A program made the position numbers and the translations under genes. Below are positions 38,899 through 47,189 of a stretch of 64,000 bases of DNA, one piece after another (position 1 is the stretch's first letter; each line of letters opens with the position of its first letter). The notes below the pieces were generated by a model. It ran no database searches, was not told where the DNA came from, and worked only from the letters and a program-made list of their open reading frames with translations. Origin of the DNA: Bacteriovoracaceae bacterium (GTDB lineage Bacteria; Bdellovibrionota; Bacteriovoracia; Bacteriovoracales; Bacteriovoracaceae); assembly GCA_048270185.1 (NCBI GenBank), contig JBLWTJ010000002.1, positions 64,001-128,000 on the forward strand, written 5' to 3'.

Positions 38899-41800
38899 TT
38901 AAACCTTTATAAAATTCTTTAATGCGTACTCTTCAACTCTATTTGGAATCTCTTTTTGCCAGCCTTGTAACTTAACTGGTTGCAATATACGTCTTACTTT
39001 CTGCCTCAATTCTTTTCTAAGTTGCTCCATATGATTCCATCCTTTTGGTGCAGAATCATTAGAAGCATAGACTTCCTCTACTTCTTTAGCTATTTCTTTC
39101 AATTTGTTAATAACTTCTTTAGAGAGACCTTCACTTTTTTCATTTTTGGAATCATCATCAGACTTTTCTTCTGACTCATATCTGAAAGCTTCTAATATTT
39201 TTAAAATATCATACCCTCTTTCTGTTAAACCTGAGTCCTTATAAGCTTTATCTTCTTTGTTTAACTCTCCAGATAACTTTTCCATTTCTTTTAGAGCTTC
39301 TGATGCTTCAAGTTGTTTCTCTTCAAGTAATTTAATAATCTCAAGTAATCTTTCTGAAAACTTTTTATAGCGAAGCTCGTTATCATCAACTTTTTCACGA
39401 GTTATTTTCTTTAACTCAGTTGCTTTTCGAGTTGCTGCTTCTTTAATATCTTCAGGTGACTTCCCTTCTGTTTTAAAATCATTTTGAAACTCTGGGTCAG
39501 TTAACTTTCTAAGCTTAATAGTTGTTTTAAGACCTGTTACTTCTAAATGCTCATCAAGCATGGCCCTAATCTTTTCACTGTAATTCCCTAGAGGTTCAGC
39601 TTCTTTTTTCTCAAATGAAGGAGTTGCATATTGTAGGAATGCTACTGTCAGTTTTAAATCTTTTTGAAATTGAAGAATAAATGGTTCTGGACTAAGGATT
39701 TCATAAGCAGAAATAAATTCTTTAGCTTTCTTCTTAAATACAAGCCATCTGTCTTTAGTCTCAATAATCTCAATCAATTTTATGAATTCAGCCCTCAGGT
39801 TTGGCTGATTCCCATCAATCTCTTTTAAATATGCTGATACTTCCTCATGACTTCTAGTCAGATTCTCTTCTAATTTAGAAAAGTCTCTAGTTGCATTCTG
39901 AACATCTTCTTTTCTATAGCACTCTAGGGCCTTATCAAGTTTCTTAGTGATACCAATATAATCTACGATGAGACCACAGTCTTTACGACCTTCACTCCAA
40001 ACTCTATTTGCTCTAGCAATGGCTTGTAGTAAATTATGGTCTGTTAATGGGTTATCAACATACATGACACCTTCAATTGGAGCATCAAAACCAGTTAAAA
40101 GTTTGCTACATACAATTAAAAAAGAAGGCTCTTTGCTTTTTGTCTTAAAGTTATCTTTGATTTCAATTTCTTTATCTTTGTCAGCATAATATTTTTGGAG
40201 GTCTCCTCTTAACTCTTGGATGTACTCCTCCTCGCTTGGCTTAGCATCTTCTTGATTTCCTGAGTAAACACAAGCACTCATCTCATCAGCTTGTTTCTCA
40301 GCCTCTTCTTGTGAAAGTCCAGACTTTACTAAATCAGCAGTAATTACTTTATTTAATGCTCTTTTATATAAAATAATAGCTTCTCTATCATAAGCAACGA
40401 TTTGGGCTTTTAACCCATCTGGTTTTGCATATGCTTTATAGTGAGTCCAAATATCATAAGCTATAAGGTCAATTCTCTTTGGAAACTTAATTAACATTCC
40501 TAACGAGATACCTTTCTCTTTTAAAGCAGAGATGACTTCCTCGGGTTCATTGGCAAACCATTGGTCAAAAAGAATATCCATCTTAGCTGTTTCAACATTC
40601 CACTCAGTCATTCTCGCTGTGTGATGTATAGGAACTGTTGCACCATCTGCTACAGCATCATCAATATCATACTTATCAATGTAACCTTCACCTTCTGGAC
40701 TAAAGTTCGCATAAGTATCCATATCATTCTTTTTAACTGGTGTTCCTGTGAATCCAAAGAACTTAGCTTTTGGAAATGTTGCTCTAAGGTAAGCACCTAA
40801 ATCCTTCTCTTGAGTTCTGTGGCACTCATCTACTAAAAGAATCCAATTTTCACTATTTGGGATTGGGTCCTTTGAACCTTGAAACTTGAAAATAGTTGTA
40901 ACAACTGTAAGGCCCGTTGCCTCTGACTTAATCGTATCTCTTAACTGTGAGACACTCGTCATGTGTTTCGGATTTCTAATACCACAAGCTACAAACGTAT
41001 TCTTGATTTGTGTATCAAGGTCAACTCTATCTGTTAAAACTAGAATATTTGGATTCTCTAATGTCTTTGCATCCAATGTTAGGTGTGTTTTTAGCTTAAT
41101 TGCTGAAAAAACCATTGTTAAAGACTTTCCACTTCCTTGGGTATGCCAAACAAGACCTTTATTCTGTTCATCTTTTACAACTCTATCAACAATCTTGTTT
41201 ACTGCTCTAAACTGTTGGTAACGACATATCTTTTTGATGATATGAGTGTGACCGTCTTTATCCTTCTCTCTTTCAAAAACAATAAAGTGAGCTATTAAAT
41301 CTAAAAGGTTGTCTGGTTGGAGAAGTGCCCATAATGCTTTTTTAAGAGGGTCATTACTCAGGTCTTCATCTGTTTTTGGCCACGGATTTCTCCAATAACC
41401 ATAATATTTTGAACTCGAACCAGTTGCTCCATACAATGTGTTCTTTTCATTTGTTACAATATTGAAACAATTAGAAAAGAAAAGCCTTGGAATATCTCTT
41501 TCATATTGCTTTATCTGGTCAAAGGCTTCACCTGTTTTATCTTTATATGCAAAAGGACTCTTGGCCTCAATTACAACAACAGGAATACCGTTGATAAAAA
41601 TAACAACATCAGGCTTTCTAGAATGTTGAGACTTAACATAATACTGATTAGTAACAGTGAAAGTGTTATTTTCTGTATTCTTAAAATCAATTAGAAATAT
41701 AGTCTTTTTATCTGACTGTCCAGGAACGCTTTTACTATAGTCTCCTTTGATTATCTTTAACCATTTTTCATTATCAGAAAGGTTCAATAAATCTTGATAA

Positions 41801-42039
41801 ACAGAGTTTGCTACCTCGTCATCAACATCATTTATTCTTTTTATTGCAGCAAGAAGTTCATTTCTTAAAATGACATTTGTCTCACCATCTCTTTCTTGAG
41901 AATGTTTAGCTGGTTGGAGGTATTTATATCCTACAGTCTTATCATTACTCTTAAATAAATCGTCCTTACATAAGAAATCAAGAATTGGCACTTCAACCAT
42001 TCTCGTTTCTGGACCATATCCATCGGTCTCATAGCTCAT
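38899..42039 (-). CDS. hsdR: Type I restriction endonuclease subunit R
   Basis: PDVVIFINGIPVVVIEAK, WHTQGSGKS, DECHR, GFTGTP, LLTGFDAP, QAIARANR. Confidence 0.97.
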   Translation of the reverse strand: MSYETDGYGPETRMVEVPILDFLCKDDLFKSNDKTVGYKYLQPAKHSQERDGETNVILRNELLAAIKRINDVDDEVANSVYQDLLNLSDNEKWLKIIKGDYSKSVPGQSDKKTIFLIDFKNTENNTFTVTNQYYVKSQHSRKPDVVIFINGIPVVVIEAKSPFAYKDKTGEAFDQIKQYERDIPRLFFSNCFNIVTNEKNTLYGATGSSSKYYGYWRNPWPKTDEDLSNDPLKKALWALLQPDNLLDLIAHFIVFEREKDKDGHTHIIKKICRYQQFRAVNKIVDRVVKDEQNKGLVWHTQGSGKSLTMVFSAIKLKTHLTLDAKTLENPNILVLTDRVDLDTQIKNTFVACGIRNPKHMTSVSQLRDTIKSEATGLTVVTTIFKFQGSKDPIPNSENWILLVDECHRTQEKDLGAYLRATFPKAKFFGFTGTPVKKNDMDTYANFSPEGEGYIDKYDIDDAVADGATVPIHHTARMTEWNVETAKMDILFDQWFANEPEEVISALKEKGISLGMLIKFPKRIDLIAYDIWTHYKAYAKPDGLKAQIVAYDREAIILYKRALNKVITADLVKSGLSQEEAEKQADEMSACVYSGNQEDAKPSEEEYIQELRGDLQKYYADKDKEIEIKDNFKTKSKEPSFLIVCSKLLTGFDAPIEGVMYVDNPLTDHNLLQAIARANRVWSEGRKDCGLIVDYIGITKKLDKALECYRKEDVQNATRDFSKLEENLTRSHEEVSAYLKEIDGNQPNLRAEFIKLIEIIETKDRWLVFKKKAKEFISAYEILSPEPFILQFQKDLKLTVAFLQYATPSFEKKEAEPLGNYSEKIRAMLDEHLEVTGLKTTIKLRKLTDPEFQNDFKTEGKSPEDIKEAATRKATELKKITREKVDDNELRYKKFSERLLEIIKLLEEKQLEASEALKEMEKLSGELNKEDKAYKDSGLTERGYDILKILEAFRYESEEKSDDDSKNEKSEGLSKEVINKLKEIAKEVEEVYASNDSAPKGWNHMEQLRKELRQKVRRILQPVKLQGWQKEIPNRVEEYALKNFIKV

Positions 42040-42049
42040 TTTAATTTCC

Positions 42050-43210
42050 TTATATTACTTTTTTATCTCCTGTAAAAAAGTCTTTCTTTAATCCTTTTTT
42101 AATATACTCAAGTCGCTCAATTTTTTTATTCAACGTTGAAATCAAGGAGTCAATTTCTCTAATTACTTTTACAACTTCATCTTGTTGTTTCAGAGACGGT
42201 AAAGGTACGGGAATCTTTGAAAAGTCCGCATAATAAAGCCTTAACCTGTCATTGGTTAAACCGTAAGAATATTGATGAAACAATCTAATAAATTTCTCAG
42301 TTTGAAAGAGGTAATTATAAAACTGTGTATTTATATTTTTATTTTTTGGCTCCAGAACCACATATGCTGGACTTACTAGGAAATCTTGATTAGCAATGCC
42401 TTGAACGCCTTGCCACATTCTCATCATGTTATAAGCAATCCAACCTTTTTTAACCCATAGATGGTCTTCTGCTTTTAAGTTTGTCTCAACTTTTTTCTCT
42501 TCTTCACTACGAGGAACAATTCCACGTCCTTTAGTTACAGAAGCAAGAGGTATTCCATCAACTCCCTTGAGTTTGGAATCCTTAAATATATCTCCCATTT
42601 TAACAACATCAAATGTACTACTATCTTTTAATACTTTCCCCTCTTCCAAACATAATTGATAAAGGTCATTCATAACTCCTTTTTTAAGAGCCTGAGTTTT
42701 AATAATCCGTTTTTTGAATGCTTTTAATGTTGACTCTATAGAGTCTAAGATTTCCACAATTCTAGCTTGTTCTTTATTTGAAGGGATTGCAATTGGTATC
42801 TTTAAGATTTCTGGTTCAGAAATTTCTTTTTGGCCTGTTCCGCCAATTAAATTATCTACTTTTTTATAAAAACCATACCACTGAAATAACAACTCAATAA
42901 ACTTATCATTCTCATTTTCCTTGCACTTAAAACTAGATATTGCATTCGATGCAATTAAGCCATCTAAACTTTTTGGTACAATTCCAATCCCACCGTTATG
43001 GAAGTTTTGCCGACCGATTAAAATCTCACCTTCGTTTCTGATATAATACGGTCTCCCCCTCTCTGTAGGAACAGGTCTTTTACCTGAGTTTTTTATACCT
43101 TTACCGTGAAGCTGTACTGTTAAAGCATAATAATTTTGTGGAGATTCAACCTTTTCCTTTTTTACAATCTCTAGAACATCTCCAATTTTACACTTCCTCC
43201 AACTATTCAT
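42050..43210 (-). CDS. hsdS: Type I R-M specificity subunit
   Basis: Two TRDs with IPSNKEQARIV and LPSLKQQDEVV conserved regions. Confidence 0.93.
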   Translation of the reverse strand: MNSWRKCKIGDVLEIVKKEKVESPQNYYALTVQLHGKGIKNSGKRPVPTERGRPYYIRNEGEILIGRQNFHNGGIGIVPKSLDGLIASNAISSFKCKENENDKFIELLFQWYGFYKKVDNLIGGTGQKEISEPEILKIPIAIPSNKEQARIVEILDSIESTLKAFKKRIIKTQALKKGVMNDLYQLCLEEGKVLKDSSTFDVVKMGDIFKDSKLKGVDGIPLASVTKGRGIVPRSEEEKKVETNLKAEDHLWVKKGWIAYNMMRMWQGVQGIANQDFLVSPAYVVLEPKNKNINTQFYNYLFQTEKFIRLFHQYSYGLTNDRLRLYYADFSKIPVPLPSLKQQDEVVKVIREIDSLISTLNKKIERLEYIKKGLKKDFFTGDKKVI

Positions 43211-44906
43211 AGCCCAACTCTTTTAAAAAACTATTCAGTTTCTTTTCAGTTTGACCTAGTTGTTCATTAACTTGATTTAATGAAAAAGTGTAATTATCCC
43301 AGATATTTGACAATAAATTAAAGAGTGCGACTCTTTCGTCGCCAATTACTTTTTTCAAATCCGATTTAAGTTTAAAGACAGGCTGAAAGCGAATTGAATC
43401 GCCCTTTATTTCAAATACTGATTCAACATCTAATCCTTCCATCAACTCAATAAAATATTCATCTTCAAGTTCATATTTAGGAATGCCTCCCTTTAGAATA
43501 TGTTCGACATCATAATTCGTTAAAGGAGGTGCCGTATCTATATATCTTCTGATGTTTAAGTTGTAGTCATTTTCACCTAGTTCTTTATGTGAAACGACGA
43601 TAGAGAACCTATTTTCTTCAGTGTAGTTTGAGTAAGTTTCAACAATCTTATCAATGTCTGAAGACCTCAACCTTCTTTGGATTTTCCTATCCTCATAAAG
43701 CAACTCTGCATTTATAAACAACAATTTCTTTTTTCTATTCTCATCTCTTTTCTTTTTAAAAATTAACAGTGCTGTTGGAATCCCTGTTCCATAAAACAAT
43801 CCCTCAGGTAATCCAATAACAGCATCCAGAATATCCTCATTTTCAAATAAAGCTGTTCTTATTTTTCCTTCAGCATTTCCCCTAAACAAAATACCATGTG
43901 GAACGATAACTCCTAGCCTTCCATTTGAATTGAGGCTTTTTATCATATGCTGAACGAATGCAAAGTCTGCATAACTCTTGGGCGGACAACCAAATAAGTC
44001 TCTTCCGTAAGGGTCACCACCTTTCCATATCTCTTGTCCCCAGTTTTTTAATGAAAATGGAGGATTTGCTATAACAAAATCAAAAGTTTTAATTTTCTTT
44101 GATGCTTCATCATCAAATAAGAGAGGTTTTTTTAAAGTATCACCATGAACGACACGAGCATCATCAATATCATGAAGGAAAAGGTTCATCTGAGAAATTG
44201 CCCATGTATTTATGTTTTTCTCTTGCCCAAAAAGTCTTAACGACTTGGGATTTTTTTTATTTCTCTCCATATAATGAAAAGCCTCAAGTAACATACCTGC
44301 TGAACCACATGTAGGGTCATAAACACTTGCTCCTTCACTAGGCTTTAACAACTCTACGATTAACTGGACTACTTCTTTGGGAGTATAGAATTCACCACCT
44401 TTTGAACCTGCATCGTCTGCAAACTTTGCAATTAAGTATTCATATGCATTTCCAAGCATGTCCGATGGGACATTCTTTTTCATTAGAGAGTATTTATCAA
44501 AATGCTGGATAAGCAATTCTAATGTAGAATCAGGAAACCTTCTCTTATTATTAAAATCTACATCCTGGAATACTCCATTTAACCTCTTGTTAGAATCTTC
44601 AATTGCTCTAAATGAGGAATTTAATGCTTCTCCAATATTTGTTGTCTTCTTTTTTACATCAGACCAAAAACAACCTTCAGGGATATGAAAGCGGTGCTCT
44701 TCAGGGTCCTTAGCAAGTTCTTCGTCTTCAAACTCCTTCAACCTTTCTTCGTACTCCTCTACCCATACATCTGAAAGACGCTTATAAAATAGAAGTCCAA
44801 AAATATAATGTTTATAGTCGGCCGCATCGATGGCACCTCTTAAAATATCGGCTGCTCCCCAGAGATGCGACTCAAGTTCTTGTTGTGTCAGTTTCTTATT
44901 TTCCAT
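43203..44906 (-). CDS. hsdM: Type I R-M N6-adenine methyltransferase
   Basis: LWGAADILRG, GEFYTP, YDPTCGSAGML, NPPF. Confidence 0.97.
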   Translation of the reverse strand: MENKKLTQQELESHLWGAADILRGAIDAADYKHYIFGLLFYKRLSDVWVEEYEERLKEFEDEELAKDPEEHRFHIPEGCFWSDVKKKTTNIGEALNSSFRAIEDSNKRLNGVFQDVDFNNKRRFPDSTLELLIQHFDKYSLMKKNVPSDMLGNAYEYLIAKFADDAGSKGGEFYTPKEVVQLIVELLKPSEGASVYDPTCGSAGMLLEAFHYMERNKKNPKSLRLFGQEKNINTWAISQMNLFLHDIDDARVVHGDTLKKPLLFDDEASKKIKTFDFVIANPPFSLKNWGQEIWKGGDPYGRDLFGCPPKSYADFAFVQHMIKSLNSNGRLGVIVPHGILFRGNAEGKIRTALFENEDILDAVIGLPEGLFYGTGIPTALLIFKKKRDENRKKKLLFINAELLYEDRKIQRRLRSSDIDKIVETYSNYTEENRFSIVVSHKELGENDYNLNIRRYIDTAPPLTNYDVEHILKGGIPKYELEDEYFIELMEGLDVESVFEIKGDSIRFQPVFKLKSDLKKVIGDERVALFNLLSNIWDNYTFSLNQVNEQLGQTEKKLNSFLKELGYE

Positions 44907-45258
44907 GTAAAAAATAGTATATTAAAGATAACGCTTTTTGAATTGAAACTTATCTCAATTTCAATGAGTTAAGTTCTCTTCATTTAAATTTTGTAGTTAG
45001 AATTTTTGAAGGAATGTTTTGTTGTTAATCAATACAGTTTTAAAAACTTGTTTTAACTTCAACTCATTAGTGTCCATTAAACCTCTCAACACCTTTCGGA
45101 CTGAATGTATGACTATCACTTCGTCTTGGAAGTTTTGTTTCTTAAAAGTGCTATTAAATTTGTAGTTTGTTTGGGCCTCAAACTACGGCCACCAACTACA
45201 AAGTGTTGCAACAGGGCTTATTTTAAGTGATTTCTACTGACATTGAGCTAGTTAGCAA

Positions 45259-45312
45259 AGCATCAAGTCGTTGAGATTACTGAAGCCAAAACTCAACAAT
45301 TTCAACGCCTTG
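45259..45312 (-). terminator. Long hairpin directly downstream of tmRNA
   Basis: CAAG.CGTTGA...TCAACG.CTTG stem followed by a weak U-rich tail. Confidence 0.5.
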
Positions 45313-45314
45313 CA

Positions 45315-45682
45315 TGGTGGAGGTGGTGGGAATCGAACCCACGTCCGAAATGATTTCTTGATAGCGGCCTACGTGCGTAGTCTTCGGTTATCGTCAGAAG
45401 ACAAGACTGTCCGTGATACGTGACCTCGGCGAACCCCGGTGAGTGATTAACGAGCAGGCCCGGCGGGCTCGAAACCTAGTTAGCCAGCAGATTCAACTGG
45501 GTCGCTACATTCTGTTTCTTGGCAGTAGCGCCTCACAAGACTAATCCTAATTAATTAGGCAGCCATTGGCATTGCATAATCGTCTGCAATTAACGGTGGA
45601 CTCCTTTTTACCAGGACCGTGGAGACCAACCTGGACACGCCCGGATACCTGTCTACCATCCCGTCGAAACCAGGGCACCCCC
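45315..45682 (-). ncRNA. ssrA: tmRNA; tag peptide (A)ADDYAMPMAA
   Basis: 5' GGGGGTG..GGTTTCGAC and 3' GTGGGTTCGATTCCCACCACCTCCACCA form an acceptor stem with G3-U. Internal tag ORF ends in AA-stop. Extended -10 TGcTATACT at 45727-45735. Confidence 0.97.
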
Positions 45683-45787
45683 ATGAGATTTTGACACGGA
45701 TATTTGAACAAATATTCGTAAGCGGCAGTATAGCACAGCATTTCAAATGTGGAAAGAAATGGATTTTCGGTGATTTGATATAGTCTC

Positions 45788-45865
45788 AAAAAGAAGAACC
45801 CCGTAAAACGGGGTGCTTCTTTGGCAAGTCATAGAATTGTGATCTCGAAGGGCACAACCTATTTA
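45788..45865 (-). ncRNA. Putative antitoxin sRNA 1
   Basis: TGgTAAAAT extended -10 (45872-45880); ACCCCGT/ACGGGGT terminator with U-tract; 18+17 nt complementary to peptide-1 mRNA. Confidence 0.75.
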
Positions 45866-45939
45866 CAAAGAATTTTACCATACTTTGCCGATTTCCTCCA
45901 TTCTTCCTCAATGAGGAGGACTCTTTTTTGGAGATGTTC

Positions 45940-46014
45940 ATGGAAGGACTTTGGCAAGTCATAGAAATCATAGTGCTTATTATTCAGTTAATTCTGGTTC
46001 TAAGAAAGTTGTGA
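45940..46014 (+). CDS. Putative type I toxin peptide 1, MEGLWQVIEIIVLIIQLILVLRKL
   Basis: GGAG SD, single TM helix with basic tail, own terminator, paralog 253 bp downstream. Confidence 0.8.
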   Translation: MEGLWQVIEIIVLIIQLILVLRKL

Positions 46015-46020
46015 TTTCGG

Positions 46021-46047
46021 AGGGCGTAGTGAAAGCTGCGCCCTTTT
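46021..46047 (+). terminator. Intrinsic terminator of peptide-1 mRNA
   Basis: AGGGCGTAG-tgaaag-CTGCGCCCT-TTT. Confidence 0.8.
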
Positions 46048-46049
46048 AT

Positions 46050-46120
46050 AAACAACAAAACCCCGTAAGAACGGGGTTAAGTTTTTGGTTACTACTAGAA
46101 ATCCTCGGAGGGCACTAGAT
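46050..46120 (-). ncRNA. Putative antitoxin sRNA 2
   Basis: TGcTATAAT extended -10 (46127-46135); AACCCCGT/ACGGGGTT terminator; 19+10 nt complementary to peptide-2 mRNA. Confidence 0.75.
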
Positions 46121-46192
46121 TAATCAATTATAGCATAATTCTAACCATAGCTCCACTTTCTCCGCCCAATGAAGGGAGTCTAGGAGAAAGTC

Positions 46193-46267
46193 ATGGATGA
46201 CTATTGGTTACTACTAGAAATCATGACCTATGTAGTTCAAATTATTTTGATCTTACGGAAGTTGTGA
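46193..46267 (+). CDS. Putative type I toxin peptide 2, MDDYWLLLEIMTYVVQIILILRKL
   Basis: AGGAG SD, same length as peptide 1 with conserved W5, EI, Q16 and LRKL. Confidence 0.8.
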   Translation: MDDYWLLLEIMTYVVQIILILRKL

Positions 46268-46273
46268 TTTCGG

Positions 46274-46302
46274 GGGGCGCAGTGAAAGCTGCGCCCCTTT
46301 TT
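46274..46302 (+). terminator. Intrinsic terminator of peptide-2 mRNA
   Basis: GGGGCGCAG-tgaaag-CTGCGCCCC-TTTTT. Confidence 0.85.
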
Positions 46303-46304
46303 CC

Positions 46305-46787
46305 CTACTCCCCACTCCTAGCACGAGCAATATCGTAGAATCCCTCATAGATCAGGTAAATAGGAATCATAACGATCAGCTGAACGGCCACGACTTTCAC
46401 CAAGAATAAAGCCGAGTAAACACTACTTGGAAAGAAGTACAAGAGCGTTGCGATTTGAAAGGTTCCAGCCCCAAAGACGCTGGCATTCTTAAAAGATCGA
46501 GAAATGAAGTCATAAGGAGAACGGATATCTTTAAGCGTAATCTTTGCTTTCATATCCTCACCCTTTGCAAGCTTTTTAAAATTTGCAAATCCTCCTAGGA
46601 TTGCAACGAGGAGGAAGTGCGCCAGAGTTAGCCCTATAATAACTGATAAAATCACAAGATAGAGGTCAAGTGAGCTCTCAATACTTGAGCCTCTTCTCTC
46701 ATAACCACAAACTCCTCCAAGCACAAGACCTGAAAGGTAGATCATCACAATTGAATAATTTAATTTAAACTTACTCATCACTATCAT
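46305..46787 (-). CDS. 4-TM hypothetical membrane protein
   Basis: Four hydrophobic segments; coupled to the upstream gene. Confidence 0.7.
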   Translation of the reverse strand: MIVMSKFKLNYSIVMIYLSGLVLGGVCGYERRGSSIESSLDLYLVILSVIIGLTLAHFLLVAILGGFANFKKLAKGEDMKAKITLKDIRSPYDFISRSFKNASVFGAGTFQIATLLYFFPSSVYSALFLVKVVAVQLIVMIPIYLIYEGFYDIARARSGE

Positions 46788-47184
46788 TCTCTGTCTTATT
46801 TAAAAACTTATAGACCGCCTCAATAACAATCATAAAAACTGAACAATAGAAAATCGTATACAAGAGAGTCGAACCGATTGCATGATAATAAGATCTCCCC
46901 TCAGTTAGATAATTATACATGCAAAGCATAATTATCGTTGCGGCTCCAAAACCATGAGCAAGATAACCATAAGCTTCACCACTTCTGCTTTTTTGACAGT
47001 CTTGATAAAAGCAATAAAGAGCATAAAGTCCTAGTCCAGTAACCATGGCATAGGCAAAGCCAGTACTTAGAATTACGATAAGATCATTATTGTTAATACC
47101 GTATGTTTCGGCGACTCCAAGTCCAAATGCAGATAATAAGCATAGGCTTATAAGACTTTTAATTTTTCTATCGAGTAACATCAT
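46771..47184 (-). CDS. 4-TM hypothetical membrane protein
   Basis: Four hydrophobic segments; AGGAG SD. Confidence 0.7.
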   Translation of the reverse strand: MMLLDRKIKSLISLCLLSAFGLGVAETYGINNNDLIVILSTGFAYAMVTGLGLYALYCFYQDCQKSRSGEAYGYLAHGFGAATIIMLCMYNYLTEGRSYYHAIGSTLLYTIFYCSVFMIVIEAVYKFLNKTENDSDE

Positions 47185-47189
47185 TTCTC

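Larger units (their letters stand above)
1..45314. mobile_element. Mosaic accessory/genomic island abutting the tmRNA 3' end; left boundary outside the window
   Basis: Begins immediately after the ssrA CCA end. Cargo is R-M, Septu-like, many nucleases, metal and NO modules and a recombinase-domain remnant. A 16-bp copy of the tmRNA 3' end lies at 35224-35239. No integrase seen in the window. Confidence 0.7.

Noticed and set aside
45911..45964. mok-like overlapping leader ORF MRRTLFWRCSWKDFGKS
   Set aside because: The equivalent in unit 2 is only MKGV; not conserved.
45547..45971. ORFs 45547-45789, 45555-45746 and 45786-45971
   Set aside because: They overlap the tmRNA (one is just the tag frame) or the sRNA/peptide unit; better explained by the RNAs.
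45788..46302. Repeats read as a CRISPR array
   Set aside because: Only two 253-bp units containing ORFs and terminators; no repeat-spacer periodicity and no cas genes.
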